Positions 38,432-49,815 of a DNA stretch of 64,000 nucleotides are shown piece by piece. Under the pieces are notes generated by a model, which was given only the letters and a program-made list of their open reading frames with translations, had not been told where the DNA came from and ran no database searches. The stretch is from Antedon mediterranea. Taxonomy: Eukaryota > Animalia > Echinodermata. Both the position numbers and the translations under genes were made by a program. The stretch's first letter is position 1. Each line of letters starts with the position of its first letter. The stretch lies in assembly GCF_964355755.1 (NCBI RefSeq), contig NC_092676.1, positions 873,788 through 937,787 on the forward strand, in the 5' to 3' direction.

Positions 38432-41088
38432 TCACTTATTCCTTGGAATAAACTCAGGAACCATGGACGGTGACTTAAAGCGGTCCATAAGTGATGCTGT
38501 TGGTCTAGGTACAGTGGATTGGGGTGGTTGTAAAGGTGGTATAGTAGATTGTGGTGGTTGATGAGCATTCGCGATGTTTCGTGCCAACTGTTCCTGATAT
38601 TGCAGCAACTGAGATTGTTCAGCGTTAGGTTGTACTTGTGATACACCACCCGCCATCATTTGATACATTCTGTTATTTCATGTAAAGAAAACAATGACGT
38701 CATTTATATTAAACCAATAATTTGTAAGCCCTATCTCACAAATAAAAAAGTAATGTAAAAGACAAAATGGAAACACGCAACATTTTTCAATAAAGAAGAT
38801 ACTCACAGATGGTTATGATAAGGATGCAACAAATTTGGATCTTGCATTCTTGAAACATTGCCTGCTTGCTGCCGGTTGGTCATCTCCAGATGATGTTGTT
38901 GATAAATCGCGTGCATAAACGCTACGTAATCCTGATTCTCTTGTTGCATCTGAGCTTGTTGGTGGTAAAACATTGAGTTGTTGTTGGCGTGCATTTGAAA
39001 CATATATTGGTTATGTACCTGCTGTTGAGTGGTTGAGATATTTTGTATCGTAGGCCCACCTCCTCTGTAAACTGGCTGGTGAGCAGAAATTATCGGTTGA
39101 TGATGCCTGTTAAGTTGTGCCAAACCAGATGGAGGCTGCAGTCCAATACGAGGAAGAGGCTGTGTGTGGTCAGTAACAGTTTGACCAAGTGTGCCACATC
39201 TTTTATCAGGTTCTGGACATTGCTGTTGGTGGGAAAAGTCACTTTCAACTGCCTGTTTTGTTGTAACTGGACCATTAAGTTGTGTGTGGTCAATGTCTTT
39301 ATTTTCATTTAGTAATGCACTGTCATTAAACTTACAGGCGCTATTAAATATTTCAGAGAGCTTTGGATCCTCTCTTTTCTGCAAATTTCTAGAATCTTGG
39401 AAAAAAGAAGGAACGTCTTGTTTTTCCTCTGTAAGATTGGACGACGCAGCAACATCAGTAGTGACATTCCTTGGAACAAACTCTTTTGCCATCGCAGTTA
39501 ACTTTGTTTTCGGTTGTTCTTCGTGTTTTTCGTTAGTCATTTTATTTTCTAGATGTATCGCATTATCTAGCAATTCGTTAACGGCAACATTGTGGTTTTC
39601 TGTTATCTCTCCAGTATTGTCTTTACCGTTGTTTTCTATTTGTGTTATTTCCAATTGCTGTTTAGCATTACCTGGTACAAACGGCTTAGCTATAACAAAG
39701 TTTTCTAGATTGACTTTTAATCCCATAGGTGGTTCTGTTACATGTATTTCCAGCTCCGTATTCTTTATTTCTTTATCTAGTAATTTTGGAGGAGATTTTC
39801 TAACACTTTCTAGCTTAATATTTTGATCCACAATTACATTAATGGTACCTGGTGAACCTGAGGGTGACTTTGGTCTTTTTCCATAATAATTCAACTTTGT
39901 CTTTGGAATGTTGGGAGACATATCTGTTGGTATTTTGATCAAAAAGTTCGTGTTCTGTCGATCATATTCGGCAATGAGTTTCGAAAGATCTACCTTCTTC
40001 TTAGCCTTTGATACTGTCTCTGCTTCTTCTTGATCACATGTGCTTCTGATGTAGGCATTTTCGTACTGAGGTTTTACAAAATCAATTTCGAATGGCCCAC
40101 GTAATAAACCCTCCTTCTAATATGATAAATTGTGTAACAAACAAACGTTAAACAGTTTAATAATCTTATCGTTTCTTATTACATTAAAAGAAAAATATAT
40201 TTCAAAGAATATATTTTAGAAAAGCTTTTTATGTATTTATTGTTAATGCTTGGATAATTGAAAAACACGAACATTAATTACCTCCATGGACTCTTCGAGA
40301 GAGCACCACTCAACACTACTTGAAGACGTTTCCGATCGAGGACTGCCGCGGTCACAAAACCGCCTTCGACGTCGGTTCAAAAAGACCGCATGTATCTTTT
40401 TCCATGATCTTAATGGCCTGTCCTGTTGATATCTGTTATCGGGTCCAGACGGACTTGGTACAATGTCGTGTTCGGTCAGTACTGTATTGATGGTGTCGAC
40501 AGTGTCATTGCTTGTTGTGGAAGTAACATCGTTATCCTTATCACTACTATTATTATAGTCAATTGGTGAATAGCTTTCTGTCTCTTCTTGACTATGACAA
40601 TCGCTACTTAATGAACTAAAAACTGAGCTACTGAAAGTGTATAAAGAGCGTATAAGGTGCTAGCATTTCTACATTTTTACTCACAACATAGTAACTAAAA
40701 CAAGGAATGATAAGTAGGCCTAGCCTAGACCTAGGCTATCTTCGTTTTTTAAACAATTATCAATATTTACCACGTTATTAGGCATAGGCCTAGGCCTATA
40801 CCTCCTATGATTGTTACCACACACAATAGGCCTAGGCTATTAATAATAACATTTTAGTTCATCATACCTGCAGCTAGCAGCATCTTGTGAATCTCCATTA
40901 TTACATATTCGAGACAGTAAATCAGAAAGTGTGGTTGTTTCAATGCGTTTCTGTGTTTCTTCGGTTCGTTGCACAATTGTTTTTAATCGAGAATCTAGTG
41001 TATCTTCTATCGGCTTCCAAACTTGAGAGTCTACTACTTTTTGAACAAAACTCCAATAATTACAGGGTATATATACAGATTCACTCAT
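38432..41088 (-). CDS. Uncharacterised ~705 aa low-complexity, Gln-rich protein with PAM2-like motifs (4 exons)
   Basis: Exons 41088-40868, 40630-40282, 40116-38807, 38669-38432 join through GT-AG sites with consistent phases (2,0,2) into 2118 nt; in-frame stop just upstream of the ATG; motifs AKPFVPG, KLTAMAKEFVPR, VPEFIPR. Confidence 0.8.
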
Positions 41089-41974
41089 AATTCACTGTTG
41101 TTTTTACAAACTCTGTCTATTTTATACAACTTTCTTGTTGAGAAATTATTTTTTCGACGAGCGCAAAATGATCTAAAGATGCATTGCCTATCGAACATCG
41201 AATATAAACAAAGTTGCTAGGAAGGTGCGCAACATTGTTTCTAGAGTACGGGCACGCGCGCGCTTGTGACTAAGAGCGTACTTACGTGATTTCATGGTTT
41301 CTGAAAGAACTAACAACTTAACATTCATTATTTATTATGTATATAAAATAATAAATATTGGACAAGCAATATTTTAGCCGGTTTTTTTTTTATGTGTGAT
41401 GTAAGGAAATTTTATTTCACATCACAACGAATAAAAACAATAGCGAATTTAATTATAGAGCTAAGCAGATGTAACTAACCATAATGTTTGTTTTGTCGGC
41501 GTTTTGTAACTGATGATGATTTTAGTCATCGACTAAACGCAAAGCTGTAAGACTTCGTTTTTAATGTGTTTTGCTGTTTTCCAATCATCGAATATGAAGC
41601 AACACATGTATTAAACAAATTATACATTGTATATGTGATATGATAGACTTGGCTGATATAAACATTCACACAATACAAAAGTACAGAAGATAATATAATC
41701 GGTTTGCAAGTAGCATTTATTACAAGCAAATTAATAATATAAATATTAATCGTCGATACTCAGCGACTACAACAATACTTTTGTTAAAACATCATCCCTT
41801 CTTAATCTTTCCGGTAGTAATGCCCTTTAACGGTTCAGTTTCTGTGATTTGGCAGCCGTCGTAAAATATAGGGGAGTTTGGGGACGTGAGTTTTATGTAA
41901 TTTAAGTCCAAATGACATAAACACGACATAAAAAGGACTTATACAGTTGGAACATGACAATGACAAGTGTACTT

Positions 41975-42072
41975 GAATCTCCCCATAAAGACACAACGTA
42001 CGCAATGATGTGCGCGCCACGCAATTAATTTGACCAATCGCAAACGACAGGTGCTGCGTTGTTGCGCGTACA
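41975..42072. mobile_element. MITE family A, degenerate copy
   Basis: CCCCATAAAGACACAACGTACGCAA...TTGACCAATCGCAAACGA...TGCGTTGTTGCG. Confidence 0.45.
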
Positions 42073-43144
42073 TCCCTGCATGACGACAGATTAAAAATGT
42101 ATGGCATAATAAGAAATGATCATACTTATTACAAATATGAAATACAGTGACTTTTTTAGATTTAAATGAATTAATAAATGTAAACAAAATGAACCAGCCT
42201 GATTCGAAGCCTTTCAGCACCACAAACATGGAAGTATAAAATATGTCACCATTTAAAAATTATTTTAAAAAGAAAACAAATTAATGTAATAAAACATTAA
42301 TAACATTTACATGGAATGTTCATATAATGCTTTAACATAATTTTTAAAATTAAATTATGAAATTATTTTTTAGAAACAAGAAAAAAATTCAAAATTATGA
42401 CTTTCTAATTATTTTACCCTAAAAAAGTAACAATGTAATAAGAAAAGTGAATGATTTTTAATTATGTATAAAATGTTGGGAAACTTGAAGTAAGTGTCAT
42501 TTATTGAAATAGAAAAAAACTAAGAAGGGAAAGATTTGCTGCTAATCATTAATAAGTCTAAAACACTAGACGTCTAATTTTCTAAAACAAAAACATTTCT
42601 ACCAGTCATATAGATAAATACATTGGAATGTTTTTACAGTGTAGATTTGTAAGAAAAAAATAGAATGCTTGAGAAACGTCAAAGGAAGAGAAAATTTCAA
42701 CAGAAACTTTTGTATAAAACCTTTTGTAATTTGTATAATACCACCACTACAACTAAAAAGGTAAAGGTTACTAATTTAGTAAAATATTTTTTAATTTAAA
42801 TCTTATTTTCAACTCATTTATTAATGAATTGAAAACTAGTAGAGTAAAAAAAATCCACATTTTTAGACTAAATAAAAACAAAGAAAATGCTTTTATAAAT
42901 TAAACAGTAACTTTTTGCCTAAAATTAAATACTTTTGAAAACAATTAACTATAAAATAATAACAAAAACTATTTATGCTATATTATCTATATGACTGGTA
43001 GAAAGAAAGCGGACGAATTAAGTAAAGAAAGCAAAACATTTAATAATTCTCACTACAAAAGGTGAATATCTACTGTAATTCAACATGAACATGCAACCAG
43101 AGAAAGTATATACATGAAGAATGTTGACCATTAAACTGGACACT

Positions 43145-43262
43145 TGGACATCGCTTAGTGTCAACTGCTGGACTTCGCCCAGTGTCAATAGCTGGACATT
43201 GCCCAGTGTCAACTGCTGGACATCGCCCAGGGTCAACTGCTAGACATCGCCCAGTGTCAACA
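43145..43262. repeat. 24-bp minisatellite (~5 copies), TGGACATCGCCCAGTGTCAACTGC
   Basis: Direct tandem copies, probably in the TMEM39 3' UTR. Confidence 0.9.
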
Positions 43263-43472
43263 GTACTCTCCAGTCTCATGATATTTTGAGGTAAAGATGT
43301 TACTCTTTTGATATCCTATCAATAACAAAGCATTCTTCAATTTATACTTTCTATGATGTCATGCTAACATTGTACACTATATTAAATAAAATAACCAGTT
43401 CCCTGCGGCGGGGGAGGAGGTTGTGAGAATATCAACGTGAAACAGACTGCCAACCTAGTGAAACTGAACCTG

Positions 43473-46400
43473 TCATTTGTCAGGGTCATCGATAGCGTAC
43501 GCTTTTCCGAGGACGAACCGATCTCTTAGAAGCTTAAAAAGCACATAGTAATTGGAGAATAGTAACAGTGAGATTGATATGACATAGTTCCAGTATGAGT
43601 AACGAGCTAGCAGGTACAACTGGTACAGGACGACAAATATTTGCAACGTTACCATTATATTGAGGACACGCAGTGGCTGACTGAACATGAACTGAAAACA
43701 AATAAATAAAAAGTGTGTTTTCTGTACAATGAGAGCTGATAACTAGTTCTAGGAAAGGAAGTTAGACATTTACAATGATGATTTGTCAGATCCAGAACAA
43801 TTACATACAAAAATCATATTACATCAGTATTACATTTAATAGAGAACTCAGTGAAGGCTGTTATAATCTGGTTATAAATAAAAAAGGCCCAATTTTCAAT
43901 CAAATGACTCTTAACACTTTGACTGCCAAACACGAAGATCTTCGTGTTTAAAAACACAACGCTTGACTGCCAAACACGAAGATCTTCGTGTTTCGCGTTT
44001 TTTTACGAAATCCGGTAGATCGGTTAATTATTGGTATATACTATAAATATGAAAATGGTACCTGTCGAAATAACAAACACCGCGCATCACAGTAGCGCGT
44101 AGAGCGATGGCTTGGCGCATTGTGTATCGGTCGCGCACTAGCTATGCCGCCGAAGGTTTTTGTGGACTGACATGTTTGTTTGTTATCTGAATAAAAAATA
44201 ATGGAGTCATTTTCCATATGAAGTCTTTAATTTTATTATTGTATGTATACCCTAATTGTTTTGGTGTTTTACTGAAAGTGACCGAGTTTCACGCAACAAA
44301 CTTGTTTTGAAATGGTATGGATATTATCATCAGTTTACTATCTAGGCTAGGCTAGCCTAGGCCTAGTCGTAAAACGGTTCCGGACCAACTTTAGGCCTGG
44401 TGTCTTTACTATGTCGATTTTGGCGAAACATTGATGTAAGATTTATGATTTATAAATGTAATACATTTTTCGATAGTGATAACTTGTTTTTATAGGCCTA
44501 TCGGTGCCGTGTAAGTAACTTTTTCGTTGTTTGTTGATCTCACCGGGCGATATTTTCATATTGTGATGTCTTGCACAAAATCGCGAATATCTCGACTTTC
44601 TTGCGCGAAACTACGAAAAACTCAAAAAGTGGGTTACTTTCATTTTACTATTACGATTTACATATTGCGATTTAAAAATCGTTCTTGGTACCATTGTAAA
44701 GCTAAAATCTTTATGATTATTTTAGTCTAAATTAAATATAAATCAGATCACATACATAGTTTCAATCAGCTTTAATAAAAACATCGAATTGGGCTAAAAA
44801 CGCTGGCGGTGGCAGTTTCTAATTGGAAAAACCTCTGGCAGTCAAAGTGTTAAGAAATTTACATTTATTGTTTTTAAGAACTGCATTTTGCCATTTTTAA
44901 TATTTTCAATAAAAACGACAGGAAGGAAATTGCAAAAGACAATGGCAACAGTGATATGAATTATGTCAGACACAGAAAACGGTGCAATGAACTGATCTGC
45001 CATTTGTAATATTTTAGTTGTTTTAGATAATATTTTATATCAGCATACAAATACATTGATGATACTTACATAAAATCTAGCATAAGAGCTATCAGAGGGC
45101 TGTGCCACATTTTGTTGTCCAACTGCTTTGTATAAAGCTTTCTGATATCTTACAAGCACTCCTTGTGGCCATACCGTTAAGTCAGACCAGCTAAAAAAAA
45201 CATTACATATTTATTTATACCATTATACCAATGGGGCTTTTAAGTACATTGACCTGAGTGTATACTTGCTATTTAATTGGGTTACGTAAACCAGGGAATA
45301 TTGAAATTACACTAACCAAGAAGAGTGTGCTTTCACTCTTCCCTGGTATAACTTGATGTTTAGTATAGTGCTACTGAATAGGATAGTGACATTTTCTAAT
45401 GAATGTTTAGTATTCATTGAATGAAGAGAATATATAATTTGTGGCATATTTTCACCATTCAACTCATAAATGGTTTGTTGTTTTATTATGTACAGCAATT
45501 TCTTTAATTCTGGTAGATTTGATTGATGTTTCTTTTAGTTTCTTTGCTGTTTACGAATATTTGTATTTGTTATCTTAGGCACTTTGAAGCTAAGGTGGTT
45601 ACACCTTGTGTAGCAACTCTGTGTAAAATATTGAATACAAAAAAACCCCAAAAAAAAACAAAAAAAACTCATAAATTAATTATGTAAACTAATTTGCTAG
45701 AAAACATACCAGCTGTTTATACTTACACATGTTGTGGTGTGTTACTGTAGCCATGGTCTATCTTCTGCCAGCAGCCAAGATGTAGTGCACAACGATGCAG
45801 AACATCACAATACTTATGTGGTAAAAAATGTGAACTGAACATGATAAACGAGTTAATCCATACAAACGCTATATGTTGACATGACCACCATAGATCCAAG
45901 TATATTGAACTCTGGGTAAAAAAAAAATGTATTTACATAACTTTAGTAGTCATTGGTTGGAGGTACACACATAATTGGTGACAAACTGTGACTTAGGCTG
46001 CTTTTGTGCTTTCCTGGCAGCTAGTGACTATGATTTTATATTTTCTCCTTGCGTCGTGTTTGTTTAATTAGTTGATTTGTATTATATTTTGTAAAATGTA
46101 TATTTTGCCTGAATAATAATAATAATTTTAAAGGCATAGTTGTTAAAAAATGTATTATTATAATAGAATTACATTATAAATTAACAAATTTTGGTCAAAG
46201 TAGCAGTGCATCTCTCTACTTTGGTTTTAAGTTTCTTGTGGTTTTTTTTTTCTGTTTTTTATCTTTATTTCTTTATTTTAAGTGTTATTCAATTAAAATA
46301 CTCTTGGTAAACGATGTACTCTACAGGAAATGTTTTCACCAGAGTAGTGTGGATTACTTGAATTTGTACCACTTTAAACATAGGGAAATAACAGATTACT

Positions 46401-49261
46401 CTATCAAATACCAAAAAAAAAAAACAAAATAAAATATAAATTTTTACCTGCAAAAAACAGATCGGAACAAAACCAACGTAATAAGCGCAAACCATTGAAT
46501 TAAATAACACGTTTTTAATTCTCATATTGAAATCGACTTTTAAAAGATCAGCTTCTCGACGAGTATCCGACGGCGAATGCGTACATTTATGCATTGGAAT
46601 CATTCGGTTAAGGTCATGTGATCCCACTTTATTGTAATCATCTTCCATTGACTTTAACGTGGACTGAAGTTGAAATATTGGCGTACTGGTGTCAAAGGTC
46701 AAACCATAGAGAAGAAAATAAGATACCAAACTGAAATGAAAACAATTATATTAAATTTGCAGTTTTGGTGAATGAATATATAATGCCATTCTGTGTTATT
46801 AATAAACTATTATACAAATAATGAATGTTTATGAGTGCAATGGTAAAAATAATGGCACGAGGTGAATGATGAAAGGTTATATCAACGAGGCAAAGCCGAG
46901 TTGATATAACCTTTCATCATTCACCAAGTGCCATTATTTGTACCATTACACGAATACAAAACATTCATTATTTGTTTTATATAACATCTAGACGTTTTTT
47001 TTTTCGTACACAAAAATGTTTCAAAAAGTACTATTTAACGATCGTTGAATAGTGCGTACTATTGCACGCCATGTGACCCACATTCGTCCAATCAAATGAC
47101 AGGAATTTATATAGGTGTTATATAAAAGTATTTATTTCATCCTTCACAAGTTTCAATCTTAAAAAAGAAGTCTAAAGAGATAAATGTTTAATCACAATAA
47201 ATTTTCCAATTTATTGAGATGAGTGCTAGGCCTACTAGCAACATAACATTCTACACTGACCATTTTAGTAATTTCTTATCAGAGTAAAAAGCATTTCTTC
47301 CTCACATGTAATATTTAATAATTATAAGGAAGTGATCTGTCTATATAACACTTACGGATATGCAAGGAAGAGTATATTCAATGGTGAATTATTACAGAAC
47401 AGTTTCCATAGTGAATAGCCAGCTAAGAAGATGAAGCCAATTACTAGTATGAACTTAACCATCTGCATTAAGCACACGCTTACAGACATCACGTTACCCT
47501 GAAATGATACCTATATAGTAACAAAATTGAATAGATTTAATTTGTTATAAAATTTAATTAATGTTAATGTGCAAATGCAGATTGTCCAAAAGCTCTTAAA
47601 ATAAAAAAGGGATGAGAGAGAAAACAAATTGAATTACAAAGAATTAAAAAGATGGGTTTTTAAAAATTTGATATTTTAATTTAATAATTTAAAGAATAAT
47701 GCAACCCTTACATCACGCACCAAACTCCAAATGAGCCTTCTTGACAAAACAACAGTAATGAAGATCACTAAAAATGGGTTTATCAGGTAAAAGTTCTGAA
47801 AAATAAGAGGAAATCAATTTATTTCTAAACGTTATTAAAAAATGTGCAAATAATAGCTTTCACTCTTTGCATGTTGCTAACCAATCTGTTAAGTACACTT
47901 AGAAATGATTTATTTATCAGAAATTTTAAGATAAATAATTTAAACGACCTAATTAATTTGCGTGAGATTGCCAGCAACAGAAATAAGTGGCTTTTGTTAT
48001 TTTGAATCTTTATTTTTACGTTATTTTATATTTTTTGTTGTTGTAGGATGCATGCATATAAGAACGTATCAGATTTTGTAAATCCACAGTGCGTGGTTTT
48101 GTTACATTTTTTGGAATAAAGTTACCTATATATATATATATATACATTTTGTGTCCAGTTATTACAGTATGCAAGTCAAACTAACCAAAGCTGTATTTGA
48201 TGGCGGTACAGGCAGCCACCAGACAGTTTTGTAGATGTTTATATACTGGATGAAAAGCGCCATCAACAGGTAAAAGAACATCATCGATTCAAAGAAGAGG
48301 TTTCCATCGGCTGGCAGCGACGGGATGTCCAAATGGCGTATCGGGGTAATGGTGATTAAGGTCGTGGTCATCAATGGGTTATTTCCAACAACATTTGGTC
48401 CATTTCTGTTATAAAATAAATTCATGTTTATTAAACATTTTATTGATTTCCAATCTAAAATTTACCAAACAATTATTTTTATCTTTATAAACGTACTAAA
48501 ACATATGAAATGCATCAAAATAATATTGTTGATTTGCTTTTGTACACAATCATCATAATGAGCATGGGTTACCATTATTACACCATACATGGCTGGTTTG
48601 AACACACACATGGGCCCTCTGGGAGACCAGTCTTTGACTGAAGAGGTTACCCAGTATAAATATATATTTCAATCAATGGGCAGGCCAGTAAACGTTTACC
48701 AAATATAAGATTTACTATTGTGTATATAAACAGTATAATGGTTAGGGCAACTGCATATCAAGCAGACGGTCCGAGTTCGAGTCTCGGTTGGGGCGACTTT
48801 TTCTCATTCTCACAGATTTCGTCATCTTTATCGTTTCAAAACAGTATCTATTATCTATAGTCAGTAGGACTAGCCTAATAATTATAATTATTTTTAAAAA
48901 AAATATATATATTAAAATACATTAATTAAATTACAATTAAATAATGATTAATATTAATAAATTTATAAAATTAGACTACACGCTTAACTAAAGCTTAACA
49001 GTAACACAATCTCAAGATTATAAATTTGAGGGACCATCATAATAATATGCTAGGCCGCCCAGTCTATCAGCATCACCATCAGTATCAACTGGTGGGGACA
49101 ACAAAGTATTTTCTGGCTTCATTCATAAACATCTATCTCGGCCTCGCTTACCGTTGGCGAAGTGTTGCACTTTGGGGCGAATTTCTAGCAGTTTGTGCTG
49201 AAGCTATTGGAACTGGACGGTTCGCAGGTTGTCTTCCTGGGCCACGTCTACCACCCGCCAT
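43473..49261 (-). CDS. TMEM39A: Transmembrane protein 39 (TMEM39A/B family), 8 exons, ~458 aa
   Basis: Exons 49261-49152, 48405-48186, 47795-47712, 47510-47356, 46730-46448, 45911-45727, 45190-45070, 43691-43473; hallmark segments [73 protein letters not shown]. Confidence 0.95.
43911..44853. mobile_element. Non-autonomous piggyBac-like DNA transposon in TMEM39 intron 7
   Basis: TTAA at both ends (43911-14, 44850-53); perfect 14-bp TIR CACTTTGACTGCCA/TGGCAGTCAAAGTG; no transposase ORF. Confidence 0.85.
46810..47124. mobile_element. Foldback non-autonomous element with a long hairpin (TMEM39 intron 4)
   Basis: ~70-bp inverted arms 46815-46974 with a perfect 26-bp core around loop GAGGCAAAGCCGA; partial second copy of the left arm at ~54656-54705. 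Confidence 0.65.
48731..48803 (+). pseudogene. Degenerate tRNA(Asp)-like sequence or SINE head
   Basis: AGTATAATGGTTAG (A box-like), CTGC-ATATCAA-GCAG anticodon-like arm, CCGAG-TTCGAGT-CTCGG T arm, then a T-run; acceptor stem missing. Confidence 0.5.
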
Positions 49262-49815
49262 TGATGCTGCATTGAAAAAAGTAAAATTTAAAGACTTTTA
49301 TTGATTTATTCATCAGTTGTAACCTGTAAACATTAAAGTTCTCTTGCCGGAAGTCAACAACTACACATCGCTGTTAAGAATGATGGGAAACTTGACCTTT
49401 CAGGAATTTTACGTTGAGGTCGTACTTCCGTATTTACCGTTGAACTTTTTCCATAGATACATGACGCTTTTTGCATATAGTTATCAATGAAAAGTTAAAA
49501 CAAATATATATTTATAACTACAGTATTTATTTAGTAACAATCAATTCAATAAATTGGGTTAGTAGGTATACATATTAGGTATGAATAGGCACTGTAATAT
49601 AATATACTCTGTGTACTGTGTAGCCTATAGCTACTAGGTGGCTGATGAGTCTCTCCACCACACTCTCCTCTCTCTCACTGGGCTAGAGATATAGAGACTA
49701 TTTATTTAGGCCTACTACTACTAGTAGTCTACTCTAAGTAGGCCCAGGCCTAGGCTATGCATACCCCTATATACAGTGAATATTTTGTTTGCACTTTACA
49801 GATTTAGCCATCATC
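49262..49815. promoter_or_regulatory. Bidirectional promoter region, TMEM39/UBXN11
   Basis: Divergent ATGs 554 bp apart; ETS-like CCGGAAGT (49347) and ACTTCCG (49424); ACTACA and AATGATGGGAA ZNF143/Staf-like motifs at ~49360-49390. Confidence 0.6.

Noticed and set aside
41510-41545. CTGATGA followed by a small hairpin, possible hammerhead
   Set aside because: No GAAA core after the stem (GACT instead).
48731-48797. Functional tRNA gene
   Set aside because: No acceptor stem and a mutated anticodon loop; kept only as a pseudogene or SINE head.
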